64,000 nucleotides of DNA from the NCBI RefSeq assembly GCF_009914755.1, contig NC_060926.1; one strand, given 5' to 3'. Under the pieces are notes generated by a model that was not told the origin of the DNA, ran no database searches, and was given only the letters and a program-made list of their open reading frames with translations. This DNA comes from the human T2T-CHM13v2.0 reference genome, Homo sapiens. Positions 25,234-40,249 of the stretch are shown here, piece by piece; within the stretch, counting starts at the first letter, position 1, and the number at the start of each line of letters is the position of its first letter. The translations under genes were made by a program, and so were the position numbers.

Positions 25234-25784
25234 TATGTCAGTCAGGGTTCTCTAGAGGGACATAACTAGTAGGATATATATATATGAGTTTATTAAGGAA
25301 AATTGACTTACAAAATCATAAGGTAAAATCCTATGATAAGCTGTCTGCAAGTTGAGGAGAAAGGAAGCCAGTGGTGTATCAGTCCGTGTCTCAAAACCTC
25401 AAAAGTAGAGAAACCAACAGTGCAGCCTTCAGTCTGTGGCCAAAGGTCCAAGAGTCCTTTGCAAATCACTGATGTAAGTCCTAGAGTCCAAAAGCTGAAG
25501 AACCTGGAGTCTGATGTTCAAGGGCCAGAAGCATCCAGCACGGGAGAAAGATAAAGGCTGGAAGACTCAGCAAGTCTGCTGTTTCATCTTCTCCTACCTC
25601 CTTTGTTCTAGACACTCTGGCAGCTGATTAAATGATGCCCACTCAGATTGAGGGTGATTCTGCCTCTCCGAGTCCATAGACTAAAATGTTAATCTCCTTT
25701 GGCAACACCTTCACAGACACACCCGGGAACAATATGTTGCATCCTTCAATCCAATCAAGTTGACACTCGATATTAACCATCACA
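25234..25784 (-). mobile_element. MLT2 (HERV-L) solo LTR
   Basis: AGTCAGGGTTCTCTAGAGGGACA...CCAATCAAGTTGACACTCGATATTAACCATCACA. Flanks AACTG/AAGTG (5-bp TSD, 1 mismatch). Confidence 0.9.
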
Positions 25785-26539
25785 AAGTGGCAGCACTGAC
25801 AGATGGCTTGAGAGAACAGCTTCAGCCTCCAAAAATCTCTACTAGCTCTCCAAATCCTTCTTTTATTAAGATGAAGCCTTAAGTAATAATAATGTCTTTG
25901 CTGCATAATTTAAGCTTTAAAGCTAATCTCTAACTGCACCATTCAATTAGATTACCACCTACTAAATTATTGGATGGATGTCCTTGATCTGGCATTTGTT
26001 TTATTGTGAATCCAAGAGAAAAATGCCAAGGACTTGTGAAATTGAAGAGTGTGAATTTTTAATAGGCAGACTAAGTACATGGTCAGGATACTTGCCAGGC
26101 AGGGACACCAAAAGAAGTGAGAATTCTGTTATTAGAAGATCCAGAAAAATGTAGATTTAATTTGAATTAGTCTTATTTTTATTTCTTTTTCTTTTTTTTT
26201 TTTGGTGGCGGAGAGCAGGGCATCCTAGTCTTTTCAGTGGCTTTGGCATCTGCAGTTCTTTCTTTGGTCTCATATGGCAACAATAATTGAGATATAGAGT
26301 GGCACAATAGATTTGAATGATGAGTACAGAATGAACAAGGCCTCTGTCTTGAATAAGCTGGTCTTGAAGAATATAAACAGAAAGTGATACATTTCTTAGA
26401 TTACCAGTTAAAAAGAAGAGGAAATGCTGGCTAGAAGAGAAAGAGTCATTAATCTAAAACAACTGAACTGAGTTGATGTGCCTGGGAACACTGTTAAAGA
26501 GAATATTTTAATAGTGTAAGAAAAAAATGTTAAGTCAGT

Positions 26540-26900
26540 TTCAAGTCAGTTTGAAACATTCTGGGTTGAATAAAATTATCAAGATATTTTTAGTTAATAT
26601 CTTATTGAAGATGTTTCTCAGAGCTTTTGAAATGCTATAGGCCACATGAATAGGTATACAGGACAGCAATTTCCCTGACAATATGACCATCATCCTGTTG
26701 TCCTTGGAGAATTCATTAGCACCTTCATAATTGTGGCTGGCTGCTCTCCCCAGTTCAAGAAATTTTAGAAAGGTGTTTTTGTTTGCTATTCTTAAAAATA
26801 GTTGGTTTAATAGTCTCATTCTTCTATAAATACGATGATTCCTTTGGAAAAGACTCTCTTCTCATGGCTATTACAACGAAGTTAAGACAGTTTTTCTACA
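26540..26900 (-). mobile_element. Possible CR1/L3 LINE relic
   Basis: Minus-strand translation ..FLKFLELG...EGAN...SISKALRNIF loosely resembles the CR1 RT N-terminal motif (IF..SW..G..P.DW..AN...PGKILEQII). Confidence 0.3.
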
Positions 26901-28614
26901 ACTTGAAATTGTTAACTGAAATATATATTTTTAGTATTTAATGAGGCTGAAATTACATGTTTTATTAAGCATGCTTTTGCACTAGAATGCTTCCGCTTTT
27001 TTGTATACACATATAGATAGGTTAAATGGCTGTGATTTATGAAAAGATACATTTTTAGTGTTATTTTAAATTGGTCATGGTTACCAATCACCAGAGCTGT
27101 CTGTAAATACATTTGTTAATATGTTTGCAGAACTAGATTTCCCATTTCTGGTCCACTGTAATTGTTGCACTATAAATATGTAGGTTTGTTTTTAACTGTC
27201 TCATGTCAATGGGATCTTACTTCATAAAACATAGAAACAAGAAAATAAATGAAAATAGTGTTTTTTGCTTGACCTTAGATGAGGGCCACAAAAAATAAAA
27301 AGAGAGAAAAAAGAATAAACAAAATCAATACCTCTGGCTAGATTAACAAAGAAAAAAGAGAGAGGACCCAAATGAATAAAATAAAAAATGAAAAACAAGA
27401 CATTACATCTGATGCTACAGAAATACAAAAGATAATCGTAAACAACTATAAGGTAAAAAACTGGGAAAGCTAGATAAAATAGATACATTTCTGGACATAT
27501 ACAAGCTACCAAAAATGAACTAGGGAGAAACAGAAAACCCGAACAGACTAATAATGAGTAACAAATTTGAATTGGTAATAAAAATCTCCTAACAAAGAAA
27601 AGCTCGGGACCAAGTGGTTTTACTGTCAAATTCTATTAAATTTATATTTAAAAAGTAACACCAATTGTTCTCAAACCATTCAAAAAAATTGAAGAGGAGA
27701 GAATTCTTCCTAACTCATTCTACAAGGCCAGAATTACCCTTATATAAAAACAAGCCAAGAACACAACATCAAAGGAAAACTGCAGGTCAATATTCCTGAT
27801 GCATATTGACGCAAAAATCCTCAACAAAATGCTAGCAAACTTAATCCAACATATCAAAAAGGTAATAAGCCATGATGAAGATGGATTCATCCCAATGATG
27901 CAAGGATGGTTCAACATATGGAAATCAAGAATTGTGATAAATTACATTCAGCAAAAAGAAAGAAAAGCCCCATATGATTATCTCAATAGATGCAGAAAAA
28001 GCAGTAGGTAAAATTCAACATAACTTCATAATAATAAAGTAAAACTATTTTTCATTCCATTAAAAAAAGATTTTTTTCACTCCACTAAAATACCCGCAAT
28101 AAACTATGCACAGGAGGTACATACCTCAACATGACAAAGGCCGTACATGACAAACTTACAACTTCATTATACTGAATGGGGAAAAGCTGAAATCCCTTCT
28201 TTTGAGAACTAGAATAAAACAAGGATGTCAAATTTTACCATTTTTATTCAACATAGTACTGGAAGTACTAGCCAGAGCAATCAGGTAAGAGAAAGAAATA
28301 AAAGGCATCTCAACTGGAAAAGAGGTGGTAAAATTGTCCCTTTTTGCAGGTGACATGATCCTATATTTAGAAAATCCTAATTCCTTAACCAAAAAAATAC
28401 TTAGAACCGATTAAAAGATTCCATAAAGTTGCAGAAAACAAAATTTACATTAAAAAGTCAGTAAGATTTTTACACACCCAAAACGAACAAGATGAAAAAG
28501 AAATAAAGAAGACAATCCTGTCTATTATAGCTACCAAAAGAAAGATATCTAGGAATAAATTCAACATGGAAGCGAAAGGTCTCCACAAGGAACATTACAA
28601 ATGACTGATAAAAA

Positions 28615-28618
<4 letters not shown>

Positions 28619-28671
<53 letters not shown>

Positions 28672-28681
28672 TTTTTTTTTT
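28619..28681. repeat. Compound microsatellite (TC)16(TA)10(T)11
   Basis: Read directly at the 5' junction of the nested L1. Confidence 0.95.
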
Positions 28682-31600
28682 ACCCAAGATGGCAGATTAG
28701 GGGCTTTCAGCATGCCTCCGCCATTTGGAAATAGCAAGATAGTACATAGAAATAAATTCTGTGAGCTTTAAATCAAGAAGGAAAATGGGAATCCTCTTGA
28801 ATCATGAAGGTCACCCCAGATCCTGAAGAAGATAATCTGGCAAACTGCCCCTGTGGCAGCATGTGGTTGATAAAAATGAGTAAAGACCCGGTAGGTGAGA
28901 GGGCAGAGAGTCTGTCTCTGTGACTCACCTTTCCACTGGGAATCCAAGCAACCTAGGCCAAGGGAGAACACTGTTTCTCTCAAGCCCTGGGGCTAACTTG
29001 GGGAGAGGCTTGGAGATGCTGTGATGGAAAGACACTGGAAAAAGCTGCAGACATTTTCCCAGATCCAAGACTGAGAGCAGTACACTATTTTAAATCTAGG
29101 TATATAGAAAGACATACCTTAGTGACCTGGCAGTGTGGCTGCACAGGCATTGTAGTTTTGGCCAGAGATTGGAGCACCTTCTCTTGAGTGGGGTTGAGGC
29201 CTCCACAGTCAGAACCATGGACATCACCCCAGGAGCAGGGCTAGAATTGTGCTCTTCCCCATGGTAAGCCTAGGCAGGAGGGGAACTGCTACAGCTGCTA
29301 TTTTTCCTGGATGGTGAGACTTGTAGCCTGGACCAGCTTGGTGACTTGAAACCAATCTGTGTGTGCCATTGCTGTGTGTCTTCCCCGGCTCTCCTAAGAT
29401 CATGGTGCAGCAAGGGCCACTCTGCTCCACACCTAGGCAGAAATCCAGACATTTGGAACACTCACTTGCCTGAACCAGAAGCCTGAGCTACCCCACCCTT
29501 CCTAGGATTAGGTTGTGGTTCAGTGAGGCACTCTGCTCCACACCCAGGCAGATCCCATGGAATTTGGCATACCCACTCACCTGGTTCAGCAGCCTGAACT
29601 GCTCCACCCTTCCTGAATATAGATCATGGTGCAGCAGAGCTCCCTCTGCTGCATGCCCAGGCAGGTCTGCAAAAATGAAAAGCACCCATTCACCTAATTC
29701 AGTAGCTGGAAGTGCCCCAACCTTCATGGGCATATATTGTTGTAAAGTGGGGCTCTTTTTGTTCCACACTGAGGCAAATCTCCAGGAATTTGGACCACCA
29801 GCTAGCCTGGATCAGCAGGCTGATATGCCCTCCCCTTACTGTGCAGAGATTCTGGCACAGGAGGACCCTCTCTTCTACATGCCTAGCAAATCTCCAGGCA
29901 TTTAGAGCACCTGCTTGCTTTGTTCAACACCCTGAGTAACCTGCCCCTCTTGTGCAGAGCTCTTGATGCAGGGGAACCCTCCCTGCTCCACATTCAGACA
30001 TTCAGATCACTGTTCATTTGGGTCAGCAGCCTTATCTGCCCCACCCTTCCTATGCAGAGATCCTGGTGCAGGGAGGCCCTTTCTGCTTCACATCCAGGCA
30101 GATCGCCAGGCAATCAGAGAACCCACTCATCTGAATCAACAACCGGAGCCACCCCACCCTTCCTGGACATAGATTGTGGTGCAGCAAAGCCCTCTCTGCT
30201 TCACATCTAGGCATATCTCTAGGCATTCAGAGAACCGGCTTGCCTGGATCAGCAACCTAATCCACCTCACCTTCCTGCACAGAGACCCTGGTGAAGGAGA
30301 GCCATCTCTGCTACATGCCTAGGCAGATATCTAGACATTCAGAACACCTGCTTGCCTGGTTCCTGGTTCAGCAGTCTGAGTCCCCACAGCATTCCTGTGC
30401 AGAGATCTTGGTACAAGGGGTCCCTTTCTGCTCCATGTACCATCTGACAGATCTCCAGGCATCTGAGATCAGAAACCATCTAAAACCTGCTGAAACCATC
30501 TTCTGGATTAGAAGTTTAAGCTTCCCACCCCCCTTCAATTTGTGTGCAGAGAACTTAATGCTGAGGTGATTTCTCAGCTCTATGCCTAGGCACAGCTCTG
30601 GGTGCTTGTTGACTTCCCACTGGCTTCTCCCACAGTGTTGGTGCTTGTGCTTTCCATCAGGGGACCAGTAGGAGGATCTGCCCAGTCCAATCTCACATTT
30701 CATGGTTCGTGTCCCTTGGGCTAAGAAGCAAGCTCAGAATACTGTGCATTCCATATATCAGACCATTATCTGAGGCAACAGAAAGCTTCTGCCAACAAAT
30801 AAAAAATGAAGTGTATACGCACCCATGTTGGCCATAGTCAGCTCTTACCTATTAGTGCCATCTGTGGGCTTGTGGGTCAAACTCCATATCCTATAACCTA
30901 CTGAAAGAAGTGCATAGAACTATAGAGGCAAATCTACAAGATCCTGCCCAGCCTTCTACACAGTCACATCTCCCAGCAAGGATTAAAAAGGGAAAGGGAA
31001 AGAGAATGTAATAATAATAACGTAAAGGAAAAAAAAATGCTCCTGCATGAAAATAATTACAAGAATTAAAGTTCCAGTGTCTCCAGATGAGAAGAAGCAA
31101 GTGCAAGAATCCTAGCACTATGAGAAATCTGAAAGTAATACCAGCAAGGGATTACAGTAGTTCTCCAACAATGCTCCCAAACCAAAATGGGAACTCAGAA
31201 ATGACAGATAACATATCCAAAGCATGGATTACAATGGATTTCAATGAGATCCAAGACAAGTTGAAAACCAAAACAAAGAAACTTCTAAAGCAATTCAAGA
31301 AATGAAGGAAAATATAAACACCTTTAAAAAAATCAATCAGAGCTTCTGGAATTGAAAAACTCCCGTAAGAAATTTCAAAATACAGTTGAAAGCTTTAATA
31401 ATAGAGCCAACCATCAGAAGAAAGAATTTCAGAGCTTAAAAACCAATCTTTTGAAATAACTCCATCAAACAAAAATAAAGATAAAACAATTTAGAAAAAT
31501 AAACAGTTTTTGAGAAACATAAGATTATGTAAAACAAACAAGCCTATGAATTATTAACATTTCTGAAAGAGAAGGAGAAAAATAAATAACTGGAAAATAT

Positions 31601-34600
31601 ATTTGATGGAATATTTAAAAAAAAACTTCCATAATCTTGTTAGACATCCAGATTTAGAAAAATAAAACAGAATGCCTGCAAGATATTATACAAAACTAAC
31701 ATCACCAAGGCATATAATCACCAAATTGTCCAATGTTAATGTCAAAGAAAAATCTTAAAGGTAGCTAGAGAAAAAGGGCAGATCATGTACAAAGGGAAGT
31801 TTATCCAGCTAACAGCAGACTTCTCAGTAGAAACCTTACAAGCCAGGTAAGAATGGGGGACTATTTTCAACATTCTTAAAGAAAAGAAATTCAAACCAAG
31901 AATTTTTATATACTGTCAAACTAAGCTTCATAAGCCAAGGGGAAATAAAATATTTTCCAGGCAAGCAAGCAATTAAGGGAGTTTGTTACTGCTAGACCAG
32001 CCTTACAATAGATCTTTAATGGAATTCTAAAAATGAAAATAAAAGAAAGATATGTGCTACAGCAAAAACACACATAAGTACACAGCCTACAGACCCTATC
32101 AAACAACCACACAATAGATATAACAAAGCAACCAGCTAACAGCTTCACCAAAGAATCAAAACTTCACATGTTAATATTAATCTTGAATGTAAATGGCCTA
32201 AACACCCCACATAAAAGGCACAGACTGAAAGGTGGTTACAAAAACAAGACCCATCTGTCTGCTCTCTTCAAGAGACCCATCTCACATGTAATGACATCCA
32301 TAGGCTCAAAATAAGGGCTTGGAGAAAGATCTACCGCACAAACAGAAAACAAAGAAGAGCATGGGTCTCTATTCTTACACCAGATAAAACAGACTTTAAG
32401 CCAATAACAGAAAAAGAAAAAAGACAAAGGAGGTCACAGCATAAAGATAAACAGTTTCATTAAACAAAAAGACTTAACTGCCCCAAATATATACACACCC
32501 AACATTGGAGCACTGAAATTCATAAAACAAACACATCTAGACCTGAGAAAAGACTTAGAAAACCACACAACAATAGTGGGGGACTTCAACACTCCACTGA
32601 ACGCACTAAACAGATCATTGGGGCAGAAAACTTACAAAGAAATTCTGGACTTAAACACAACACATGAAAAATTGGAGCTAATAGATATCCACAGAATATT
32701 TCACTCATCATCCAGAGATTATACATTCTTTTTCTCTTCACACAGAGCATACTCCAAGACCCACCACATGCTCAGCAATAAAACAAGTTTCAATAAATTA
32801 AAAAAAAATAAAAATTATACCACCATACTCTTGGACCACAATGGCATAAAAATAGAAATCAGTACCAATAAGATCTCTCAAAACCACACAATTATATGGA
32901 AATTTAAAAATTTGCTCCTGAATGACTTTTGGATAAATGATAAAATAAAAGCAGAAGTTTAAAAGTTCTTTGAAATAAATGCAAACAGAAATATAATATA
33001 CCAAAATATCTGGTATGGCCCCAAAGTTTTTTTTTTTTTTAGTCTGAGCAAGACCAGTAGACCACTAGCTAGATTAACACAGAAAAGAAGAAAGATGATC
33101 CAAATAAGCACAATTAGAAATGATAAAGGTGACATTACAACTGATCTCACAGAAATACCAAATACTGGAGCAACTATTATAAACACCTCTATACACACAA
33201 ACTAGAAAATCTATAGAAAATGGATAAACTCCTGGTAACACACTGACTCCTGAGACTTAATCAGGAAGAAATTGAAACACTGAACAGATCAATAATGAGT
33301 TCTGAAATTGAAACAGTGATAAAAAAATCTACCAACCAAAAAAGCCCTGAACCGGATGGATTCAAAGCCAAATTCTACCAGATGTATGAAAAAAAGCTGG
33401 AATAAATTCAACTGAAAATATTTGCAAAAATTAAGGAGAATGAACTCCTCCCTAACTGATTCTATGAAGCCAGCATCACCCTGATACCAAAACCAGACAA
33501 AGACCCAACGAAAAAAGAAAACTACAAGCCAGTATCACTGATGAACATAAGATGCAAAAATCCTCAACAAAATACTAGAAAACTGGATTCTACGGCACAT
33601 CAAAAAGTTAATTCACCATGATCAAGTAGGCTTCCTTCCTGGGATGAAGGGTTGGTTAAACATATGCAAATAAATAAATGAAATTCGCCACATAAACAGA
33701 ATTAAATTAAAAAACATGGTGATTATCTCAATGGACATTGAATCAGCTTTCAGTAAAATGCAACATCCCTTCATGATAAAAACCCTCAAGAAAGAAAGCA
33801 TCAAGGGAACATACTTCAAAATAATAACAGCCATCCATGACAAGCTCACAGACAACATTATACTGACTGGGCAAAAATGGAAGTATTTCCCTTGAGATCT
33901 GGAAGAAGACAAGGATGCCCATTCTTACCACTCCTGTTCAATATAGTACTACAAGTGCTGGAAGAGCAACCTAGGTAAGAGAATTGAATAAAAGCATTCC
34001 AATAAGAAAAGAGAAAGTCAATCTATCTCTTTTTAATGATGATATAATTCTATACTTAGAAAACCCTAAGGACTCTGCCAAAGGGCTATGAGAACTGATA
34101 AACAATTTTATCAAGGTTTCAGGATACAAATTCAATGTACAAAACTCAGTAGCATTTCTATACATCAATAAAATTCAAGTGGAGAGCCAAATGAAGAATA
34201 GTAATGCAGACCAGTTTGCAATAGTTACCAAAAAATCATATAAATACATCTAACCAAGGAGATGAAAGTTTTCTACAAGGAGAACTACAAAACACTGCTA
34301 AAACAAATCATAGATGACACAAACAAATGGAAACATATACCATGCTCATGGGTTGAAAGAATCAGTATCATTAAAATGGCCATACTTCCCAGAGCAATCT
34401 ACAGATTCAATGCTATTTATGTCCAACTGCCAACATCATTTTTCACAGAATTGAAAAAAAACTTAGTTAAAATTCATGTGACACCAATAAAGAGCCCAGA
34501 TAGCCAAAGTAATTTGAAGTAAAAAGAACAAAGCTGGAGGCATCACACTACTTAACTTCAAATGATACTATAAGGCTATAGTAACCAAAACAGCACAGTA

Positions 34601-35998
34601 CTGGTACAAAAGCAGACACATAGACCAACGGTACAGAATAGAGAGCCCAGAAATAAAGTCACAGGCCTACAGCCATTTGATCTTTGAAAAAGTTGACAAA
34701 TATAAGCGAAGGGGAAATAACTCTATTCAATAAATGGTGCTGGGATAGCTGGCAAGCCATGTGCAGAACTATGACACTGAATGCTTACCTTTCACAATGT
34801 ACAAAAATTAACTCAAGGTGAATTAAAAATTTAAACATAAAATCTCAATATATAAGAATCCTAGAAGGAAACCTAGAAAACACCATTTCTAGACATTTGT
34901 CATGGCAAAGAATTTATGACTAAGTTCTCAACAGCAATTGGAACAAAACCAAAAATTGACAAGTGGGACCTAATTAAACTAAAGAGCCTCTGCACAGCAA
35001 AAGAAACTATCAACAGAGTAAACAGAAAACCCACAGAATGGGAGAAAATATTCGCAAACTACGCATCTGACAAAGGTCTAATATCTAGCATCCATAAGAA
35101 ACTTAAACAATTATACAAATAATATTGAACAACCCCATTAAAAATAGACAAATGGCATGAACAGATGCCTGTCAAAAGAAGATATGCTAGCAGTCAACAA
35201 ACATAAAACAATGTTCAATATCACCAGTCATCAGGAAAATGCAAATCAAAATCACAGTAAGATATCCTCTTACCCGACTTAGAATGGTTGTTATCAAAAA
35301 GACCAAACAAACAACAAAAAAGACAGATGCTGGTGAAGATACAGAAAAAAGGAAACTCTTATGCACTGCTTCTGAGAGTATGAATTAGTGAAGCCATTAT
35401 GGAAAACACTATGGAGATTTCTCAAAAAACTCAAAAAACAACTACCATACAATCCAGCAACCCCATCACTAAATATATACCCAAAAGAAAAAAAATTATT
35501 CTACCACAAAGACATATGAACTCACATGTTCATTACAGCCCTGTTCACAATAGCAAAGACAAGGAATCAACCTAGGGCCTCAGCAATGGTGGATCGTATA
35601 AAGGAAATATAGTACATATACATCACAGCATAGTATGGAGCCATAAAAAATAATGAAATCATGTCATTTGCAGCAATATGGATGCAGGTGGAGGCCATCA
35701 TTCTAAGCATATTAACATAGAAACAGAAAATAAAATATTGCATGCTCTCACTTACAAGTGGGAGCTAAATGCTGTTTACTCACGGACATAAAGATGGAAA
35801 CAATAGAAACTAGGGATGACTAGAAGGAGGATGGAGGGGGGGACAAATGTGAAAAATTAACTCCTGGGTACTATACTCAGTACCTGCGTCACGGGATCAC
35901 TTGTAACCTAAACCTCAGCATCATGCAATATGCCCAGGTAACAAACCTGCACATGTACCCCCTGTATCTAACATAAAAGTTTATGGGGAAAAAAGAAA
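28682..35998 (+). mobile_element. Near-full-length old primate LINE-1 (L1PA15/16- or L1PB-like) with tandem-repeat 5'UTR
   Basis: Starts CCAAGATGGCAG (YY1-type motif). ORF1 starts near 31087. ORF2 EN motif GDFNTPL and RT region are present. 3'UTR AACCTCAGCATCATGCAATATGCCCAGGTAACAAACCTGCACATGTACCCCCTG. Disrupted throughout. Confidence 0.92.
29395..30605 (+). repeat. Diverged tandem array of about 10-11 ~112-bp monomers in the L1 5'UTR
   Basis: Recurrent unit GCAGAGAT..TGGTGCAG...CTCTGCTCCACA.CCAGGCAGAT.TCCAGGCATT...CCTGG.TCAGCAGCCTGA...CCCCACCCTTCCT. Confidence 0.88.
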
Positions 35999-36823
35999 AA
36001 ATATATTGAAGAAAAAACAAAAAATGGAAAGACATCTCATACTCATGAATTAGAAAAATTAATGTTGTTAAAATGATTATACCACCCAAAGCAATCTACT
36101 GATTCAATGCAATCCCTATCAAAATACCAATGAACATTTTCACAAAATAGGGGTGAAAGCTCTAAAGTTTGTATAAAACCAGAAAAGATCCCCAAAAGCC
36201 AAAATAATCTTGAGCAAAATGAAGAAAGCTCTAGCTATCAAACTACCTAATTTTAAAACATACTACAAGGTTATAGTAACCAAAACAATATAGTATAAGT
36301 ATAAAAATAGATTCATAAACCAATGAAACAGAGGAAAGAACCAGAAAATAATCCCTCATAGTTACAGCCAACTTACTTTTAACAAACACACCAAAAATGT
36401 ACACTGGAGAGATGACACCCTGTTCAATATATGGAGCTAGGAAAACTGTATATCTATATGCAGAAGAATAAAACTAGAGACATATTTCTCCCTATATACA
36501 AAAATCAACTCAAAGTGGAATCAAGAATTAAATGTAAGACCCCAAATGATAAAACTACTAAAAGGAAACATTGGGGAAATACTCTAGAACATTAGTATAG
36601 GTAAAATTTTTACGGCTGAGGCCTCAAAAGCATAAGCAACATAAACAAAAATAGACAAATGCGACTAAATAAACCTTAAAAAAAATCTCTTAGCAAAAAG
36701 GAAAAAAAAAGAAAGAAGAGACACCAGCTGAATGGATGAACACATCTGCACAATATTCATCTGACAATGGATTAATATCCAATAACAAAAAATAATAATA
36801 ATCTCATGAAAAAGTGGGCAAAT

Positions 36824-37262
<439 letters not shown>

Positions 37263-38473
37263 TTAGAATGGCTATTATAAAAAAGACAGAAATTAAGCTG
37301 GTGAGAATACAGAGAAAAGAAAACTCTTAAATACTGTTGGTTAGTGTCCATTAGTGTAACCATTACGGAAAGCAGTGTGCAGATGTATCAAAATGCAAAA
37401 AATAGAATTATCATACAATTCAGCAATCTCACTGTTGGGTGAAAGGAGAGGAAAGGAAAGGAAATCAATGTATCAAAGGGATACCTGCATCTACATGTTT
37501 GTTGCAGCACTATTCACAATAGCGGAGATATGGAATCAATGTAAGTGTCCATCAGTGGATAAATGGATTAAAAATATGGCATTTATACACAATGGAATAC
37601 TATTTGGTCATAAAAAAGAATGAACTCCTTTCATTTGAGCAGCATAGATGGAATTGGAGGTCATAATGTTAAATGAAATAAGCTAAGCACATGAAGACAA
37701 ATGTTGCATGTCTCATTCATGTGTGGGAGTTAAACAGTTATCTCAAGGAGATAAAGAGTAGAATGATAGTTACCAGAGGCTGGGAAGAATGTGTGTAGAT
37801 GGAGGAAGGGAATAAAGAGAACTTAGTTAATGGGTACAAATATACAATTAGATAGAAAAAATAAGTTATAGTGTTCAATAGCACAGTAGAGTGACTATAT
37901 TTGATATATATTTTTAAAAAGCTAGAGGATGAGATTCGAGGTGTTCTCAACACAAAGAAACATAAATGCTGTAGTGACGAATATTCTAAATACCTTGACT
38001 TGATCATTACACATTCTATGCTTGTATTGAAATATCACATGTATTCCATAAATATGTACAATTATTATGTATCAACAATAACCAAAAGGCTTTCTGGATG
38101 ATTGTAGTATACAGACAATATTGAGAATGTATACTGAGACAACAGAGGACTTGTTCACTTGTGAGAAAAGGGATTCTCTATGAGACAGGTCATAAGAGAC
38201 AATAGAATACATATACAAATGCTGTGAAATTTACACTGTCTAGGTGACAAGGTACATAAAGTCAACCAGAACACACGTAGAGATGCGCTCCCACTTGGAT
38301 ACAAAGATGGAGGAAGTAGCAAGAAATCTTTCAACAACTGACTTTTTTACACATCAGCTGACTCCTTACTTTTTTATTATACACCTCTATCATCAAAAAA
38401 TTTAAAGTCTGAATTATATGTACATCTCTTGTAATCTGTGAAAATAGACTATTCTATCTATTTATAGATATTA

Positions 38474-38865
<392 letters not shown>

Positions 38866-39234
38866 ACAGAAAATACAGAAAACAAATTGTAAAATTTTTT
38901 AAAAGCCCTAATTTACACTTGAGACACATAGAGCTATATATTCTCAACTCTTGAGATTTATTCCTAAAATTCAGAGAGCTGTTTTCTAATTTTCTTATTT
39001 AAAATAACCACATCTATCTCTTCTACCACTGTTTTATTTCTTACCCTTTTTTGTTTTTCTTCAAAGTATAAGCCTGAAATTTGGTTTTAAATTAACTTAT
39101 TAACTTATTTATTAACTGTCATCTCCCTCGAGACGGTAAAGGCAGGGATATGGTCTTATTCACTACCAAATCCCCAGTGCCTTAAACAGTGACTAAAACA
39201 GAGTAGAAAAAAAAAAGTATATATTTGCAAGAAG

Positions 39235-39402
39235 AATGCAAGGAAAGGAAGAAAGAAAAAAAGGAATAAAAAAAGGAAGGAAGGAAGGTAGAAGAAAAAA
39301 GAAGGAAAGAAGTAGGGAAAGATGAAAGGATGGAAGGGAGAGAGAGAATACAAAAAGATGAAAGAGGGAAAGAGACAGATAAAGGAAAAGAGGAAAGGAG
39401 GG
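39235..39402. repeat. GA-rich low-complexity polypurine tract
   Basis: AAGG/GAAA-rich run read directly. Confidence 0.8.
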
Positions 39403-39414
39403 CAAAAATCTTGA

Positions 39415-39719
<305 letters not shown>

Positions 39720-40249
39720 AAATCTTGAGCATCTTATACTTCTTTTTATATTTAGTAATTCCCAGCATAATCATTATCACAGTGTCTTTTACATATACAG
39801 CACTTAACAAATATTTCTCCATTGACTTAACAAAACCAAAAACTACCTGACTGCTGCTAACGTCGCAACCTATTACCAATATCCTGGAAGCAAAACTTTC
39901 ATAGTTTGCCCAGTGCATTTTTCCTTTGTATTCAATAATCAGAGTGTGCCATCTCTTGAAGGTCATGGAGTCTTTCCCCTTTGCCCTCTCTTCCTACTGC
40001 TGTCATCTGCTTCAGGGCCTCTGTGCATAGGGTCACCCCTAGAGAAATAGTCTTCTAAAAGTATCCCTTTGTTTCTCAAAATCCTGTCAGATTAATCTTC
40101 CTGAAAAGAGATCAATTTATTCCCCCTCAAAAAAAGAAATTAAAAGGCCTATAATTATATACAAAATAAGGTTGAATCTCCTTCTTCTCACATTCTAATT
40201 GACTCTGTCACAAACCTTCCCCACCAGTTTTTTCAGTTAATTACTTACC

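Noticed and set aside
29395-30605. Regularly spaced repeats as a CRISPR-like array or novel repeat system
   Set aside because: Whole monomers are homologous (no unique spacers), the DNA is primate, there are no cas-like ORFs, and the array lies within an L1 5'UTR.
29224-30703. Cluster of 60-130 aa ORFs
   Set aside because: By-product of the GC-richer L1 5'UTR monomer array, open on both strands.
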